Assembly (NCBI GenBank): GCA_051530055.1 | Contig: CM121341.1 | Span: 186,001 to 250,000, forward strand | DNA from: Neoechinorhynchus agilis | Lineage: Eukaryota; Animalia; Acanthocephala | Direction of reading: 5' to 3' | DNA length: 64,000 nucleotides | Shown here: piece by piece, positions 15,001-30,000 of the stretch | Layout of the letters: every line of letters starts with the position of its first letter | Position numbering within the stretch: position 1 is the first letter of the stretch | Translations under genes and position numbers: made by a program | Notes under the pieces: model-generated | Told to the model about the DNA's origin: nothing | The model's database searches: none | What the model saw: the letters and a program-made list of their open reading frames with translations, nothing else

Positions 15001-18000
15001 TCTTGCAAATTTAGTGATCTTTGACTCTTGTGACTTTTGACCAAACATGATAATGCGATTCCGCTTCGAATATTGCAGTTGTAGTTTAGCAAGTGATTTA
15101 GTCTGGTCAACCTTAACGCGCTGATTCCAAATCTGTATCCAGATTTTCAATAGCTGGAATAATTCTTGAGTTATGCGCTGTTCAATTTTGAGAAAAACTA
15201 CCTTGAATATTGATATTAAAATGTTAATAAATTTAAGATAAAATTAACTTTTCTAGATATCCAGTTGACGCTCAATTCACCTGCAATCACTGTTTGATGT
15301 GGCTTTTTAAATTTTTATACTTAGTTTAAGGATTGAAGTTCATAAAAGACACCTGAATTAAATCTGTAGTACTCGTAAGTTGTTAGGAAATGATAATAAT
15401 TTTGAGCATATATAATGTGCTGATTTCAATTGTGTTACCTAATTTTAATAAATCTTGCTAATTTAGTGATCTTTGACTCTTGTGACTTTTGACCAAATAT
15501 GATAATGCGATTCCCGCTTCGAATATTTCAGTTGTAGTTTAGAAAGTCAGTTATTCTGGTCTACCTTAACGCGCTGATTCCAAATCTATATCCAGATTTG
15601 CGCTAGCTGTAATTGTTCGTGAGTTATGCGTTGTTCAATTTTGAGACAAACTACCTTGATTATTGATATTAAAACGTAAATAAATTTAAGATAGAATTAA
15701 CTTTTCTAGATATCCAGTTGACGCTCAATTCACCTGCAATAACTGTTTTATGTGGCTTTTTAAATTTTTATACTTAGTTTAAGGATTGAAGTTCATAAAA
15801 GACACCTGAATTAAATCTGTAGTACTCGTAAGTTGTTAGGAAATGATAAAACATTTTGAGCATATCCAATGCGCTTATTTCAATTGTGTTATCTAATTTT
15901 AATGAATCTTGCAAATTTAGTGATCTTTGACTCTTGCTACTTTTTACCAAATATGATAATGCGATTCCCGCTTCGAATATTGCAGTTGTAGTTTAGAAAG
16001 TAAGTTAGTCTGGTCTATCCTAATGCGCTATTCCAAATCTGTATCCAGACTAGCTAAAAAAAACAAATTCAAAAAGAACCAATTAAATCTGTAGTACTCG
16101 TAAGTTGTTAGGAAATGATAAAACATTTTGAGCATATCAATGCGCTGATTTCAATTGTGTTACTAATTTTAATGAATCTTGCAAATTTAGTGATCTTTGA
16201 CTCTTGTGACTTTTGACCAAATATGATAATGCGATTCCCGCTTCGAATATTGCAGTTGTAGTTTAGAAAGTAAGTTAGTCTGGTCTATCCTAATGCGCTG
16301 ATTCCAAATCTGTATCCAGATTTGCGCTAGCTGTATTGGTTCGTTAGTAATGCGTTGTTCAATTTTGAGACAAACTACCTTGATTATTGATATTAAAACG
16401 TCAACAAATTTAAGATAAAATTAACTTTTCTAGATATCCTTTTGACGCTCAATTCACCTGCGATCACTGTTTGATGTGGCTTTCTAAATTTGTACACTTA
16501 GTTTAGGGATTGAAGTTCATAAAAGACACCTGAATTAAATCTGTTGTACTCGTAAGTTGTTAGGAAATGATAAAACATTTTGAGCATATCTAATGCGCTG
16601 ATTTAAATTGTGTTATCTAATTTTAATGAATCTTGCAAATTTAGTGATCTTTGACTCTTGTGACTTTTGACCAAATATGATAATACGATTCCCGCATCGA
16701 ATATTGCAGTTGTTGTTTGAAAGGTAAGTTAGCCTGGTCTATCTTAATGCGCTGATTCCTAATCTGTACCCAGATTTGCGATAGCTGTAATAATTCTTGA
16801 GTTATGCGCTGTTCAATTTTTAGACAAACTACCTTGAATATTTATACTAAAACGTCAATAAATTTAAGATAAAATTAACTTTTCTAGATATCCAGTTGAC
16901 GATCAATTAACCTGCAATTACTGTTTTATGTGGCTTTTAACATTTGTACATTTAGTTTAAGGATTGAAGTTCATAAAAGAGACCTGAATTAAATCTGTAG
17001 TACTCGTAAGTTGTTAGGAAATGATAAAACATTTTGAGCATATCTAATGTGCTGATTTCAATTGTGTTACCTAATTTTAATGAATCTTGCTAATTTAGTG
17101 ATCTTTGACTCTTGTGACTTTTGACCAAATATGATAATGCGATTCCCGCTTCGAATATTGCAGTTGTAGTTTAGAAAGTCATTTAGTCATGTCTACCTTA
17201 ACGCGCTGATTCCAAATCGCTATCCAGATTTGCAATAGCTGTAATGGTTCGTGAGTTATGCGTTGATCAATTTTGAGACAAACTACCTTGATTATTGATA
17301 TTAAAACGTCAATAAATTTAAGATATAATTAACTTTTCTAGATCTACTTTTGACGCTGAATTCACCTGCAATCACTGTTCGATGTGGCTTTATTAATTTT
17401 TACACTTAGTTTAAGGATTGAAGTTCCTAAAAGACACCTGAATTAAATCTGTAGTACTCGTAAGTTGTTGGGAAATGATAAAACATTTTGAGCATATCTA
17501 ATGCGCTGATTTCAATTGTGTTATCTAATTTCAATGAATCTTGCAAATTTAGTGATCTTTAACTCTTGTGACTTTTGACCAAATATGATAATGCGATTCC
17601 CGCTTCGAATATCTCAGTTATGGTTTAGAAAGTCAGTCATTCTGGTCTACCTTTACGCGCTGATTCAAAATCTGTATCCAGATTTGCGATGGCTGTAATA
17701 ATTCTTGAGTTATGCGCTGTTCAATTTTGAGACAAACTACCTTGATGATTGATATTAAAACGTCAATAAATTTAAGATATAATTAACTTTTCTAGATCTA
17801 CTTTTGACGCTGAATTCACCTGCAATTACTGTTTGATGTGGCTTTTAAAATTTGTACACTTAGTTTAAGGATTGAAGTTCATAAAAGACACCTGAATTAA
17901 ATCTGTAGTACTCGTAAGTTGTTAGGAAATGATAAAACATTTTGAGCATATCTAATTTTCTGATTTCAATTGTGTTACCTAATTTTAATGAATCTTGCAA

Positions 18001-21000
18001 ATTTAGTGATCTTTGACTCTTGTTACTTTTGACCAAATATGATAATGCCTTTCCCGCTTAGAATATTGCAGTTGTAGTTTAAAATGTAAGTTAGTCTAGT
18101 CGATCTTAACGCGCTGATTCCAAATCTGTATCCGGATTTGCGCTAGCTGTGGTGGTTCGTGAGTTATGCGTTGTTCAATTTTGAGACAAACTACCTTGAT
18201 TATTATATAAAAACGTCAATAAATTTAAGATATAATTAACTTTTCTAGATCTACTTTTGACGCTGAATTCACCTGCAATCACTGTTTGATGTGGCTTTTT
18301 AAATTTGTACACTTAGTTTAAGGATTGAAATTCATAAAAGACACCTGAATTAAATCTGTAGTACTCGTAAGTTGTTAGGAAATGATAAAACATTTTGAGC
18401 ATATCTAATGCGCTGATTTCAATTGTGTTACCTAATTTTAATGAATCTTGCAAATTTAGTGATCTTTGACTCTTGTGACTTTTGACCAAAAATGATAATG
18501 CGATTCCCGCTTCGAATATTGCAGTTGTAGTTTAGAAAGTCAATTAGTCCGGTCTATCTTAAGGCGCTGATTCCAAATCTGTATCCAGATTTGCGATAGC
18601 TGTAATAATTCTTCTGAATTCACCTGCAATCACTTTTGATGTGGCTTTTTAAATTTGTACACTTAGTTTAAGGATTGAAGTTCAAAAAAGATACCATAAT
18701 TAAATCTGTAGTACTCGTAAGTTGTTAGGAAATGATAAAACATTTTGAGCATATCTAATGCGCTGATTTCAATTGTGTTATCTAATTTCAATGAATCTTG
18801 CAAATTTAGTGATCTTTAACTCTTGTGACTTTTGACCAAATATGATAATGCGATTCCCGCTTCGAATATCTCAGTTATGGTTTAGAAAGTCAGTCATTCT
18901 GGTCTACCTTTACGCGCTGATTCAAAATCTGTATCCAGATTTGCGATAGCTGTAATAATTCTTGAGTTATGCGCTGTTCAATTTTGAGACAAACTACCTT
19001 GAATATTTATACTAAAACGTCAATAAATTTAAGATAAAATTAACTTTTCTAGATATCCAGTTGACGATCAATTAACCTGCAATTACTGTTTTATGTGGCT
19101 TTTAACATTTGTACATTTAGTTTAAGGATTGAAGTTCATAAAAGACACCTGAATTAAATCTGTAGTACTCGTAAGTTGTTAGGAAATGATAAAACATTTT
19201 GAGCATATCTAATGCGCTGATTTCAATTGTGTTACCTAATTTTAATGAATCTTGCAAATTTAGTGATCTTTGACTCTTGTGACTTTTGACCAAATATGAT
19301 AATGCGATTCCCGCTTCGAATATTGCAGTTGTAGTTTAGAAAGTCAATTAGTCCGGTCTACCTTAACGCGCTGATTCCAAATCTGTATCCAGATTTGCAA
19401 TAGCTGTAATGGTTCGTGAGTTATGCGTTGTTCAATTTTGAGACAAACTACCTTGATTATTGATATAAACGTCAATAAATTTAAGATATAATAAACTTTT
19501 CTAGATCTACTTTTGACGCTGAATTCACCTGCAGTCACTGTTTGATGTGAATTTTTAATCTTGTACACTTAGTTTAAGGATTGAAGTTCATAAAAGACAC
19601 CTGAATTAAATCTGTAGTACTCGTAAGTTGTTAGTAAATGATAAAACATACTGAGCATATCTAATGTCCGATTTCAATTGTGTTATCTAATTTTAATGAA
19701 TCTTGCAAATTTAGTGATCTTTGACTCTTGTGACTTTTGACCAAATATGATAATGCGATTCCCGCTTCGAATATTGCAGTTGTAGTTTAGAAAGTAAGTT
19801 ATTCTGGTCTATCTTAACGCGCTGATTCACAATCTGTATCCAGATTTGCAATAGCTGTAATGGTTCGTGAGTTATACGTTGTTCAATTTTGAGACAAACT
19901 ACCTTGATTATTATATAAAAACGTCAATAAATTTAAGATATAATTAACTTTTCTAGATCTACTTTTGACGCTGAATTCACCTGCAATCACTTTTGATGTG
20001 ACTTTTTAAATTTGTACACTTTGCTTAAGGATTGAAGTTCAAAAAAGATACCATAATTAAATCTGTAGTACTCGTAAGTTGTTAGGAAATGATAAAACAT
20101 TTTGAGCATATCCAATGCGCTGATTTCAATTGTGTTATCTAATTTTAATGAATCTTGCAAATTTAGTGATCTTTGACTCTTGTGACTTTTGACCAAATAT
20201 GATAATGCGATTCCCGCTTCGAATATTGCAGTTGTAGTTTAGAAAGTCAGTCCGTCTGGTCTACCTTAACGCGCTGATTCCAAATCTATATCCAGATTTG
20301 CGCTAGCTGTAATTGTTCGTGAGTTATGCGCTTTTCAATTTTGAGACAAACTACCTTGAATATTGATATTAAAGCGTTAATAAATTTAAGATATAATTAA
20401 CTTTTCTAGATCTACTTTTGACGCTGAATTCACCTGCAATCACTGTTTGATGTGGCATTTTAAATTTTTATACTTAGTTTAAGGATTGAAGTTCATAAAA
20501 GACACCTGAATTAAATCTGTAGTACTCGTAAGTTGTTAGGAAATGATAAAACATTTTGAGCATATCCAATGCGCTTATTTCAATTGTGTTATCTAATTTT
20601 AATGAATCTTGCAAATTAGTGATCTTTGACTCTTGTGACTTTTGACCAAATATGATAATGCTTCCCGAATATGTGTTGTAGTTTAAAAGTAGTCTAGTCG
20701 ACCGCGCTGATTCCAAATCTGTATCCAGATTTGCGCTAGCTGTATGGTTCGTGAGTTAGCGTTGTTCATTTTGAGACAAACTACCTGATTATTGATATAA
20801 AGTCAATAAATTTAAGATATAATAACTTTCTAGATCTACTTTTGACGCTGAATTCACCTGCAATCACTGTTTGATGTGGCTTTTTAATTTGTACACTTAG
20901 TTTAAGGATTGAAGTTCATAAAAGACACCTGAATTAAATCTGTAGTACTCGTAAGTTGTTAGGAAATGATAAAACATTTTGAGCATATCCAATGCGCTTA

Positions 21001-24000
21001 TTTCAATTGTGTTATCTAATTTTAATGAATCTTGCAAATTTAGTGATCTTTGACTCTTGTTACTTTTGACCAAATATGATAATGCCTTTCCCGCTTAGAA
21101 TATTGCAGTTGTAGTTTAAAATGTAAGTTAGTCTAGTCGATCTTAACGCGCTGATTCCAAATCTGTATCCGGATTTGCGCTAGCTGTGATGGTTCGTGAG
21201 TTATGCGTTGTTCAATTTTGAGACAAACTACCTTGATTATTGATATCAAAGCGTCAATAAATTTAAGATATAATAAACTTTTCTAGATCTACTTTTGACG
21301 CTGAATTCACCTGCAATCACTGTTTGATGTGAATTTTTAATCTTGTACACTTAGTTTAAGGATTGAAGTTCATAAAAGACACCTGAATTAAATCTGTAGT
21401 ACTCGTAAGTTGTTAGTAAATGATAAAACATATTGAGCATATCTAATGTCCGATTTCAATTGTGTTATCTAATTTTAATGAATCTTGCAAGTTTAGTGAT
21501 CTTTGACTCTTGTGACTTTTGACCAAATATGATAATGCGATTCCCGCTTCGAATATTGCAGTTGTAGTTTAGAATGTAAGTTAGTCTGGTCTATCTTAAC
21601 GCGCTGATTCAAAATCTGTATCCAGATTTGCAATAGCTGTAATGGTTCGTGAGTTATACGTTGTTCAATTTTGAGACAAACTACCTTGATTATTATATAA
21701 AAACGTCAATAAATTTAAGATATAATTAACTTTTCTAGATCTACTTTTGACGCTGAATTCACCTGCAATCACTGTTTGATGTGGCTTTTTAAATTTTTAC
21801 ACTTAGTTTAAGGATTGAAATTCATAAAAGACACCTGAATTAAATCTGTAGTACTCGTAAGTTGTTAGGAAATGATAAAACATTTTGAGCATATCTAATG
21901 CGCTGATTTCAATTGTGTTACCTAATTTTAATGAATCTTGCAAATTTAGTGATCTTTGACTCTTGTGACTTTTGACCAAAAATGATAATGCGATTCCCGC
22001 TTCGAATATTGCAGTTGTAGTTTAGAAAGTCAATTAGTCCGGTCTATCTTAAGGCGCTGATTCCAAATCTGTATCCAGATTTGCGATAGCTGTAATAATT
22101 CTTCTGAATTCACCTGCAATCACTTTTGATGTGGCTTTTTAAATTTGTACACTTTGTTTAAGGATTGAAGTTCAAAAAAGATACCATAATTAAATCTGTA
22201 GTACTCGTAAGTTGTTAGGAAATGATAAAACATTTTGAGCATATCTAATGCGCTGATTTCAATTGTGTTACCTAATTTTAATGAATCTTGCAAATTTAGT
22301 GATATTTGATTCTTGTGACTTTTGACCAAATATGATAATGCGATTCCCGCTTCGAATATTTAAGTTGTAGTTTAGAAAGTCCGTTAATCTGGTCTACCTT
22401 AACGCGCTGATTTTAAATCTCCATCCAGATTTGCGATAGCTGTAATCGTTCGTGAGTTATGCGTTGTTCAATTTTGAGACAAACTACCTTGATTATTGAT
22501 ATTAAAACGCCAATAAATTTAAGATATAATAAACTTTTCTAGATCTACTTTTGACGCTGAATTCACCTGCAATCCCTTTTGATGTGACTTTTTAAATTTG
22601 TACACTTTGCTTAAGGATTGAAGTTCAAAAAAGATACCATAATTTAATCTGTAGTACTCGTAAGTTGTTAGGAAATGATAAAACATTTTGAGCATATCCA
22701 ATGCGCTGATTTCAATTGTGTTATCTAATTTTAATGAATCTTGCAAATTTAGTGATCTTTGACTCTTGTGACTTTTGACCAAATATGATAATGCGATTCC
22801 CGCTTCGAATATTGCAGTTGTAGTTTAGAAGGTCAGTCCGTCTGGTCTACCTTAACGCGCTGATTCCAAATCTATATCCAGATTTGCGCTAGCTGTAATT
22901 GTTCGTGAGTTATGCGCTTTTCAATTTTGAGACAAACTACCTTGAATATTGATATTAAAGCGTTAATAAATTTAAGATGTAATTAACTTTTCTAGATCTA
23001 CTTTTGACGCTGAATTCACCTGCAATCACTGTTTGATGTGGCATTTTAAATTTTTATACTTAGTTTAAGGATTGAAGTTCATAAAAGACACCTGAATTAA
23101 ATCTGTAGTACTCGTAAGTTGTTAGGAAATGATAAAACATTTTGAGCATATCCAATGCGCTTATTTTAATTGTGTTATCTAATTTTAATGAATCTTGCCA
23201 ATTTAGTGATCTTTGACTCTTGTTACTTTTGACCAAATATGATAATGCCTTTCCCGCTTAGAATGTTGCAGTTGTAGTTTAAAATGTAAGTTAGTCTAGT
23301 CGATCTTAACGCGCTGATTCCAAATCTGTATCCGGATTTGCGCTAGCTGTGGTGGTTCGTGAGTTATGCGTTGTTCAATTTTGAGACAAACTACCTTGAT
23401 TATTGATATCAAAGCGTCAATAAATTTAAGATATAATAAACTTTTCTAGATCTACTTTTGACGCTGAATTCACCTGCAATCACTGTTTGATGTGAATTTT
23501 TAATTTGTACACTTAGTTTAAGGATTGAAGTTCATAAAAGACACCTGAATTAAATCTGTAGTACTCGTAAGTTGTTAGGAAATGATAAAACATTTTGAGC
23601 ATATCTAATGTCCGATTTCAATTGTGTTATCTAATTTTAATGAATCTTGCAAATTTAGTGATCTTTGACTCTTGTGACTTTTGACCAAATATGATAATGC
23701 GATTCCCGCTTCGAATATTGCAGTTGTAGTTTAGAATGTAAGTTAGTCTGGTCTATCTTAACGCGCTGATTCCAAATCTGTATCCAGATTTGCAATAGCT
23801 GTAATGGTTCGTGAGTTATGCGTTGTTCAATTTTGAGACAAACTACCTTGATTATTATATTAAAACGTCAATAAATTTAAGATATAATTAACTTTTCTAG
23901 ATCTACTTTTGACGCTGAATTCACCTGCAGTCACTGTTTGATGTGAATTTTTAATCTTGTACACTTAGTTTAAGGATTGAAGTTCATAAAAGACACCTGA

Positions 24001-27000
24001 ATTAAATCTGTAGTACTCGTAAGTTGTTAGGAAATGATAAAACATTTTGAGCATATCCAATGCGCTGATTTCAATTGTGTTATCTAATTTTAATGAATCT
24101 TGCCAATTTAGTGATCTTTGACTCTTGTTACTTTTGACCAAATATGATAATGCCTTTCCCGCTTAGAATATTGCAGTTGTAGTTTAAAATGTAAGTTAGT
24201 CTAGTCGATCTTAACGCGCTGATTCCAAATCTGTATCCGGATTTGCGCTAGCTGTGGTGGTTCGTGAGTTATGCGTTGTTCAATTTTGAGACAAACTACC
24301 TTGATTATTGATATCAAAGCGTCAATAAATTTAAGATATAATTAACTTTTCTAGATCTACTTTTGACGCTGAATTCACCTGCAGTCACTGTTTGATGTGA
24401 ATTTTTAATCTTGTACACTTAGTTTAAGGATTGAAGTTCATAAAAGACACCTGAATTAAATCTGTAGTACTCGTAAGTTGTTAGTAAATGATAAAACATA
24501 CTGAGCATATCTAATGTCCGATTTCAATTGTGTTATCTAATTTTAATGAATCTTGCAAGTTTAGTGATCTTTGACTCTTGTGACTTTTGACCAAATATGA
24601 TAATGCGATTCCCGCTTCGAATATTGCAGTTGTAGTTTAGAATGTAAGTTATTCTGGTCTATCTTAACGCGCTGATTCACAATCTGTATCCAGATTTGCA
24701 ATAGCTGTAATGGTTCGTGAGTTATACGTTGTTCAATTTTGAGACAAACTACCTTGATTATTATATAAAAACGTCAATAAATTTAAGATATAATTAACTT
24801 TTCTAGATCTACTTTTGACGCTGAATTCACCTGCAATCACTGTATGATGTGGCTTTTCAAATTTTTACACCTAGTTTAAGGATTGAAATTCATAAAAGAC
24901 ACCTGAATTAAATCTGTAGTACTCGTAAGTTGTTAGGAAATGATAAAACATTTTGAGCATATCTAATGCGCTGATTTCAATTGTGTTACCTAATTTTAAT
25001 GAATCTTGCAAATTTAGTGATCTTTGACTCTTGTGACTTTTGACCAAAAATGATAATGCGATTCCCGCTTCGAATATTGCAGTTGTAGTTTAGAAAGTCA
25101 CATAGTCCGGTCTATCTTAAGGCGCTGATTCCAAATCTGTATCCAGATTTGCGATAGCTGTAATGATTCTTCTGAATTCACCTGCAATCACTTTTGATGT
25201 GGCTTTTTAAATTTGTACACTTTGTTTAAGGATTGAAGTTCAAAAAAGATACCATAATTAAATCTGTAGTACTCGTAATTTGTTAGGAAATGATAAAACA
25301 TTTTGAGCATATCTAATGCGCTGATTTCAATTGTGTTACCTAATTTTAATGAATCTTGCAAATTTAGTGATATTTGACTCTTGTGACTTTTGACCAAATA
25401 TGATAATGCGATTCCCGCTTCGAATATTTAAGTTGTAGTTTAGAAAGTCCGTTAATCTGGTCTACCTTCACGCGCTGATTTTAAATCTCCATCCAGATTT
25501 GCGATAGCTGTAATCGTTCGTGAGTTATGCGTTGTTCAATTTTGAGACAAACTACCTTGATTATTGATATTAAAACGCCAATAAATTTAAGATATAATAA
25601 ACTTTTCTAGATCTACTTTTGACGCTGAATTCACCTGCAATCCCTTTTGATGTGACTTTTTAAATTTGTACACTTTGCTTAAGGATTGAAGTTCAAAAAA
25701 GATACCATAATTTAATCTGTAGTACTCGTAAGTTGTTAGGAAATGATAAAACATTTTGAGCATATCCAATGCGCTGATTTCAATTGTGTTATCTAATTTT
25801 AATGAATCTTGCAAATTTAGTGATCTTTGACTCTTGTGACTTTTGACCAAACATGATAATGCGATTCCGCTTCGAATATTGCAGTTGTTGTTTAGCAAGT
25901 GATTTAGTCTGGTCAACCTTAACGCGCTGATTCCAAATCTGTATCCAGATTTTCAATAGCTGGAATAATTCTTGAGTTATGCGCTGTTCAATTTTGAGAA
26001 AAACTACCTTGAATATTGATATTAAAATTTTAATAAATTTAAGATAAAATTAACTTTTCTAGATATCCAGTTGACGCTCAATTCACCTGCAATCACTGTT
26101 TGATGTGGCTTTTTAAATTTTTATACTTAGTTTAAGGATTGAAGTTCATAAAAGACACCTGAATTAAATCTGTAGTACTCGTAAGTTGTTAGGAAATGAT
26201 AATAATTTTGAGCATATATAATGTGCTGATTTCAATTGTGTTACCTAATTTTAATAAATCTTGCTAATTTAGTGATCTTTGACTCTTGTGACTTTTGACC
26301 AAATATGATCTAGCGATTCCTGCTTCGAATATTTCAGTTGTAGTTTAGACAGTCAGTTATTCTGGTCTACCTTAACGCGCTGATTCCAAATCTATATCCA
26401 GATTTGCGCTAGCTGTAATTGTTCGTGAGTTATGCGTTGTTCAATTTTGAGACAAACTACCTTGATTATTGATATTAAAACGTAAATAAATTTAAGATAG
26501 AATTAACTTTTTTAGATATCCAGTTGACGCTCAATTCACCTGCAATAACTGTTTTATGTGGCTTTTTAAATTTTTATACTTAGTTTAAGGATTGAAGTTC
26601 ATAAAAGACACCTGAATTAAATCTGTAGTACTCGTAAGTTGTTAGGAAATGATAAAACATTTTGAGCATATCCAATGCGCTTATTTCAATTGTTTTATCT
26701 AATTTTAATGAATCTTGCAAATTTAGTGATCTTTGACTCTTGCTACTTTTTACCAAATATGATAATGCGATTCCCGCTTCGAATATTGCAGTTGTAGTTT
26801 AGAAAGTAAGTTAGTCTGGTCTATCCTAATGCGCTGATTCCAAATCTGTATCCAGATTTGCGCTAGCTGTATTGGTTCGTTAGTAATGCGTTGTTCAATT
26901 TTGAGACAAACTACCTTGATTATTGATATTAAAACGTCAACAAATTTAAGATAAAATTAACTTTTCTAGATATCCTTTTGACGCTCAATTCACCTGCGAT

Positions 27001-30000
27001 CACTGTTTGATGTGGCTTTCTAAATTTGTACACTTAGTTTAAGGATTGAAGTTCATAAAAGACACCTGAATTAAATCTGTAGTACTCGTAAGTTGTTAGG
27101 AAATGATAAAACATTTTGAGCATATCTAATGCGCTGATTTCAATTGTGTTATCTAATTTTAATGAATCTTGCAAATTTAGTGATCTTTGACTCTTGTGAC
27201 TTTTGACCAAATATGATAATACGATTCCCGCTTCGAATATTGCAGTTGTAGTTTAGAAAGTCATTTAGTCATGTCTACCTTAACGCGCTGATTCCAAATC
27301 GTTATCCAGATTTGCAATAGCTGTAATGGTTCGTGAGTTATGCGTTGATCAATTTTGAGACAAACTACCTTGATTATTGATATTAAAACGTCAATAAATT
27401 TAAGATATAATTAACTTTTCTAGATCTACTTTTGACGCTGAATTCACCTGCAATCACTGTACGATGTGGCTTTATTAATTTTTACACTTAGTTTAAGGAT
27501 TGAAGTTCCTAAAAGACACCTGAATTAAATCTGTAGTACTCGTAAGTTGTTGGGAAATGATAAAACATTTTGAGCATATCTAATGCGCTGATTTCAATTG
27601 TGTTATCTAATTTTAATGAATCTGCTGAATTCACCTGCAATTACTGTTTGATGTGGCTTTTAAAATTTGTACACTTAGTTTAAGGATTGAAGTTCATAAA
27701 AGACACCTGAATTAAATCTGTAGTACTCGTAAGTTGTTAGGAAATGATAAAACATTTTGAGCATATCTAATTTTCTGATTTCAATTGTGTTACCTAATTT
27801 TAATGAATCTTGCAAATTTAGTGATCTTTGACTCTTGTGACTTTTGACCAAATATTATAATGTGATTCCCGCTTCAAATATGGCAGTTGTAGTTTAGAAA
27901 GTAATTTATTCTGGTCGACCTTAACGCGCTGATTCCAAATCTGTATCCAGATTTGCAATAGCTGCAATGGTTCGTCAGTTATGCGTTGATCAATTTTGAG
28001 ACAAACTACCTTGATTATTGATATTAAAACGTCAATAAATTTAAGATATAATTAACTTTTCTAGATCTACTTTTGACGCTGTTTTCACCTGCAATAACAG
28101 TTTGATGTGGCTTTTTAAATTTGTACACTTAGTTTAAGGATTGAAGTTCATAAAAGACACCTGAATTAAATCTGTAGTACTCGTAAGTTGTTAGGAAATG
28201 ATAAAACATTTTGAGCATATCTAATTTTCTGATTTCAATTGTGTTATCTAATTTTAATGAATCTTGCAAATTTTGTGATCTTTGACTCTTGTGACTTTTG
28301 ACCAAATATGATAATGCGATTCCCGCTTCGAATATGGCAGTTGTAGTTTAGAAAGTCATTTAGTCTGGTCTACCTTAACGCGCTGATTCCAAATCTGTAT
28401 CCAGATTTGCAATAGCTGTAATGGTTCGTTAGTTATGCGTTGTTCAATTTTGAGACAAACTACCATGATTATTATATAAAAACGTCAATAAATTTAAGAT
28501 ATAATTAACTTTTCTTATCTACTTTTGACGCTGAATTCACCTGCAATCACTGTATGATGTGGCTTTTCAAATTTTTACACCTAGTTTAAGGATTGAAATT
28601 CATAAAAGACACCTGAATTAAATCTGTAGTTCTCGTAAGTTGTTAGGAAATGATAAAACATTTTGAGCATATCTAATGCGCTGATTTCAATTGTGTTACC
28701 TAATTTTAATGAATCTTGCAAATTTAGTGATCTTTGACTCTTGTGACTTTTGACCAAAAATGATAATGCGATTCTTGCTTCGAATATTGCAGTTGTAGTT
28801 TAGAAAGTCAATTAGTCCGGTCTATCTTAAGGCGCTGATTCCAAATCTGTATCCAGATTTGCAATAGCTGTAATGGTTCGTGAGTTATACGTTGTTCAAT
28901 TTTGAGACAAACTACCTTGATTATTATATAAAAACGTCAATAAATTTAAGATATAATTAACTTTTCTTGATCTACTTTTGACGCTGAATTCACCTGCAAT
29001 CACTGTATGATGTGGCTTTTCAAATTTTTACACCTAGTTTAAGGATTGAAATTCATAAAAGACACCTGAATTAAATCTGTAGTACTCGTAAGTTGTTAGG
29101 AAATGATAAAACATTTTGAGCATATCTAATGCGCTGATTTCAATTGTGTTACCTAATTTTAATGAATCTTGCAAATTTAGTGATCTTTGACTCTTGTGAC
29201 TTTTGACCAAAAATGATAATGCGATTCCCGCTTCGAATATTGCAGTTGTAGTTTAGAAAGTCAATTAGTCCGGTCTATCTTAAGGCGCTGATTCCAAATC
29301 TGTATCCAGATTTGCGATAGCTGTAATAATTCTTCTGAATTCACCTGCAATCACTTTTGATGTGGCTTTTTAAATTTGTACACTTTGTTTAAGGATTGAA
29401 GTTCAAAAAAGATACCATAATTAAATCTGTAGTACTCGTAAGTTGTTAGGAAATGATAAAACATTTTGAGCATATCTAATGCGCTGATTTCAATTGTGTT
29501 ACCTAATTTTAATGAATCTTGCAAATTTAGTGATATTTGATTCTTGTGACTTTTGACCAAATATGATAATGCGATTCCCGCTTCGAATATTTAAGTTGTA
29601 GTTTAGAAAGTCCGTTAATCTGGTCTACCTTAACGCGCTGATTTTAAATCTCCATCCAGATTTGCGATAGCTGTAATCGTTCGTGAGTTATGCGTTGTTC
29701 AATTTTGAGACAAACTACCTTGATTATTGATATTAAAACGCCAATAAATTTAAGATATAATAAACTTTTCTAGATCTACTTTTGACGCTGAATTCACCTG
29801 CAATCCCTTTTGATGTGACTTTTTAAATTTGTACACTTTGCTTAAGGATTGAAGTTCAAAAAAGATACCATAATTTAATCTGTAGTACTCGTAAGTTGTT
29901 AGGAAATGATAAAAAATTTTGAGCATATCCAATGCGCTGATTTCAATTGTGTTATCTAATTTTAATGAATCTTGCAAATTTAGTGATCTTTGACTCTTGT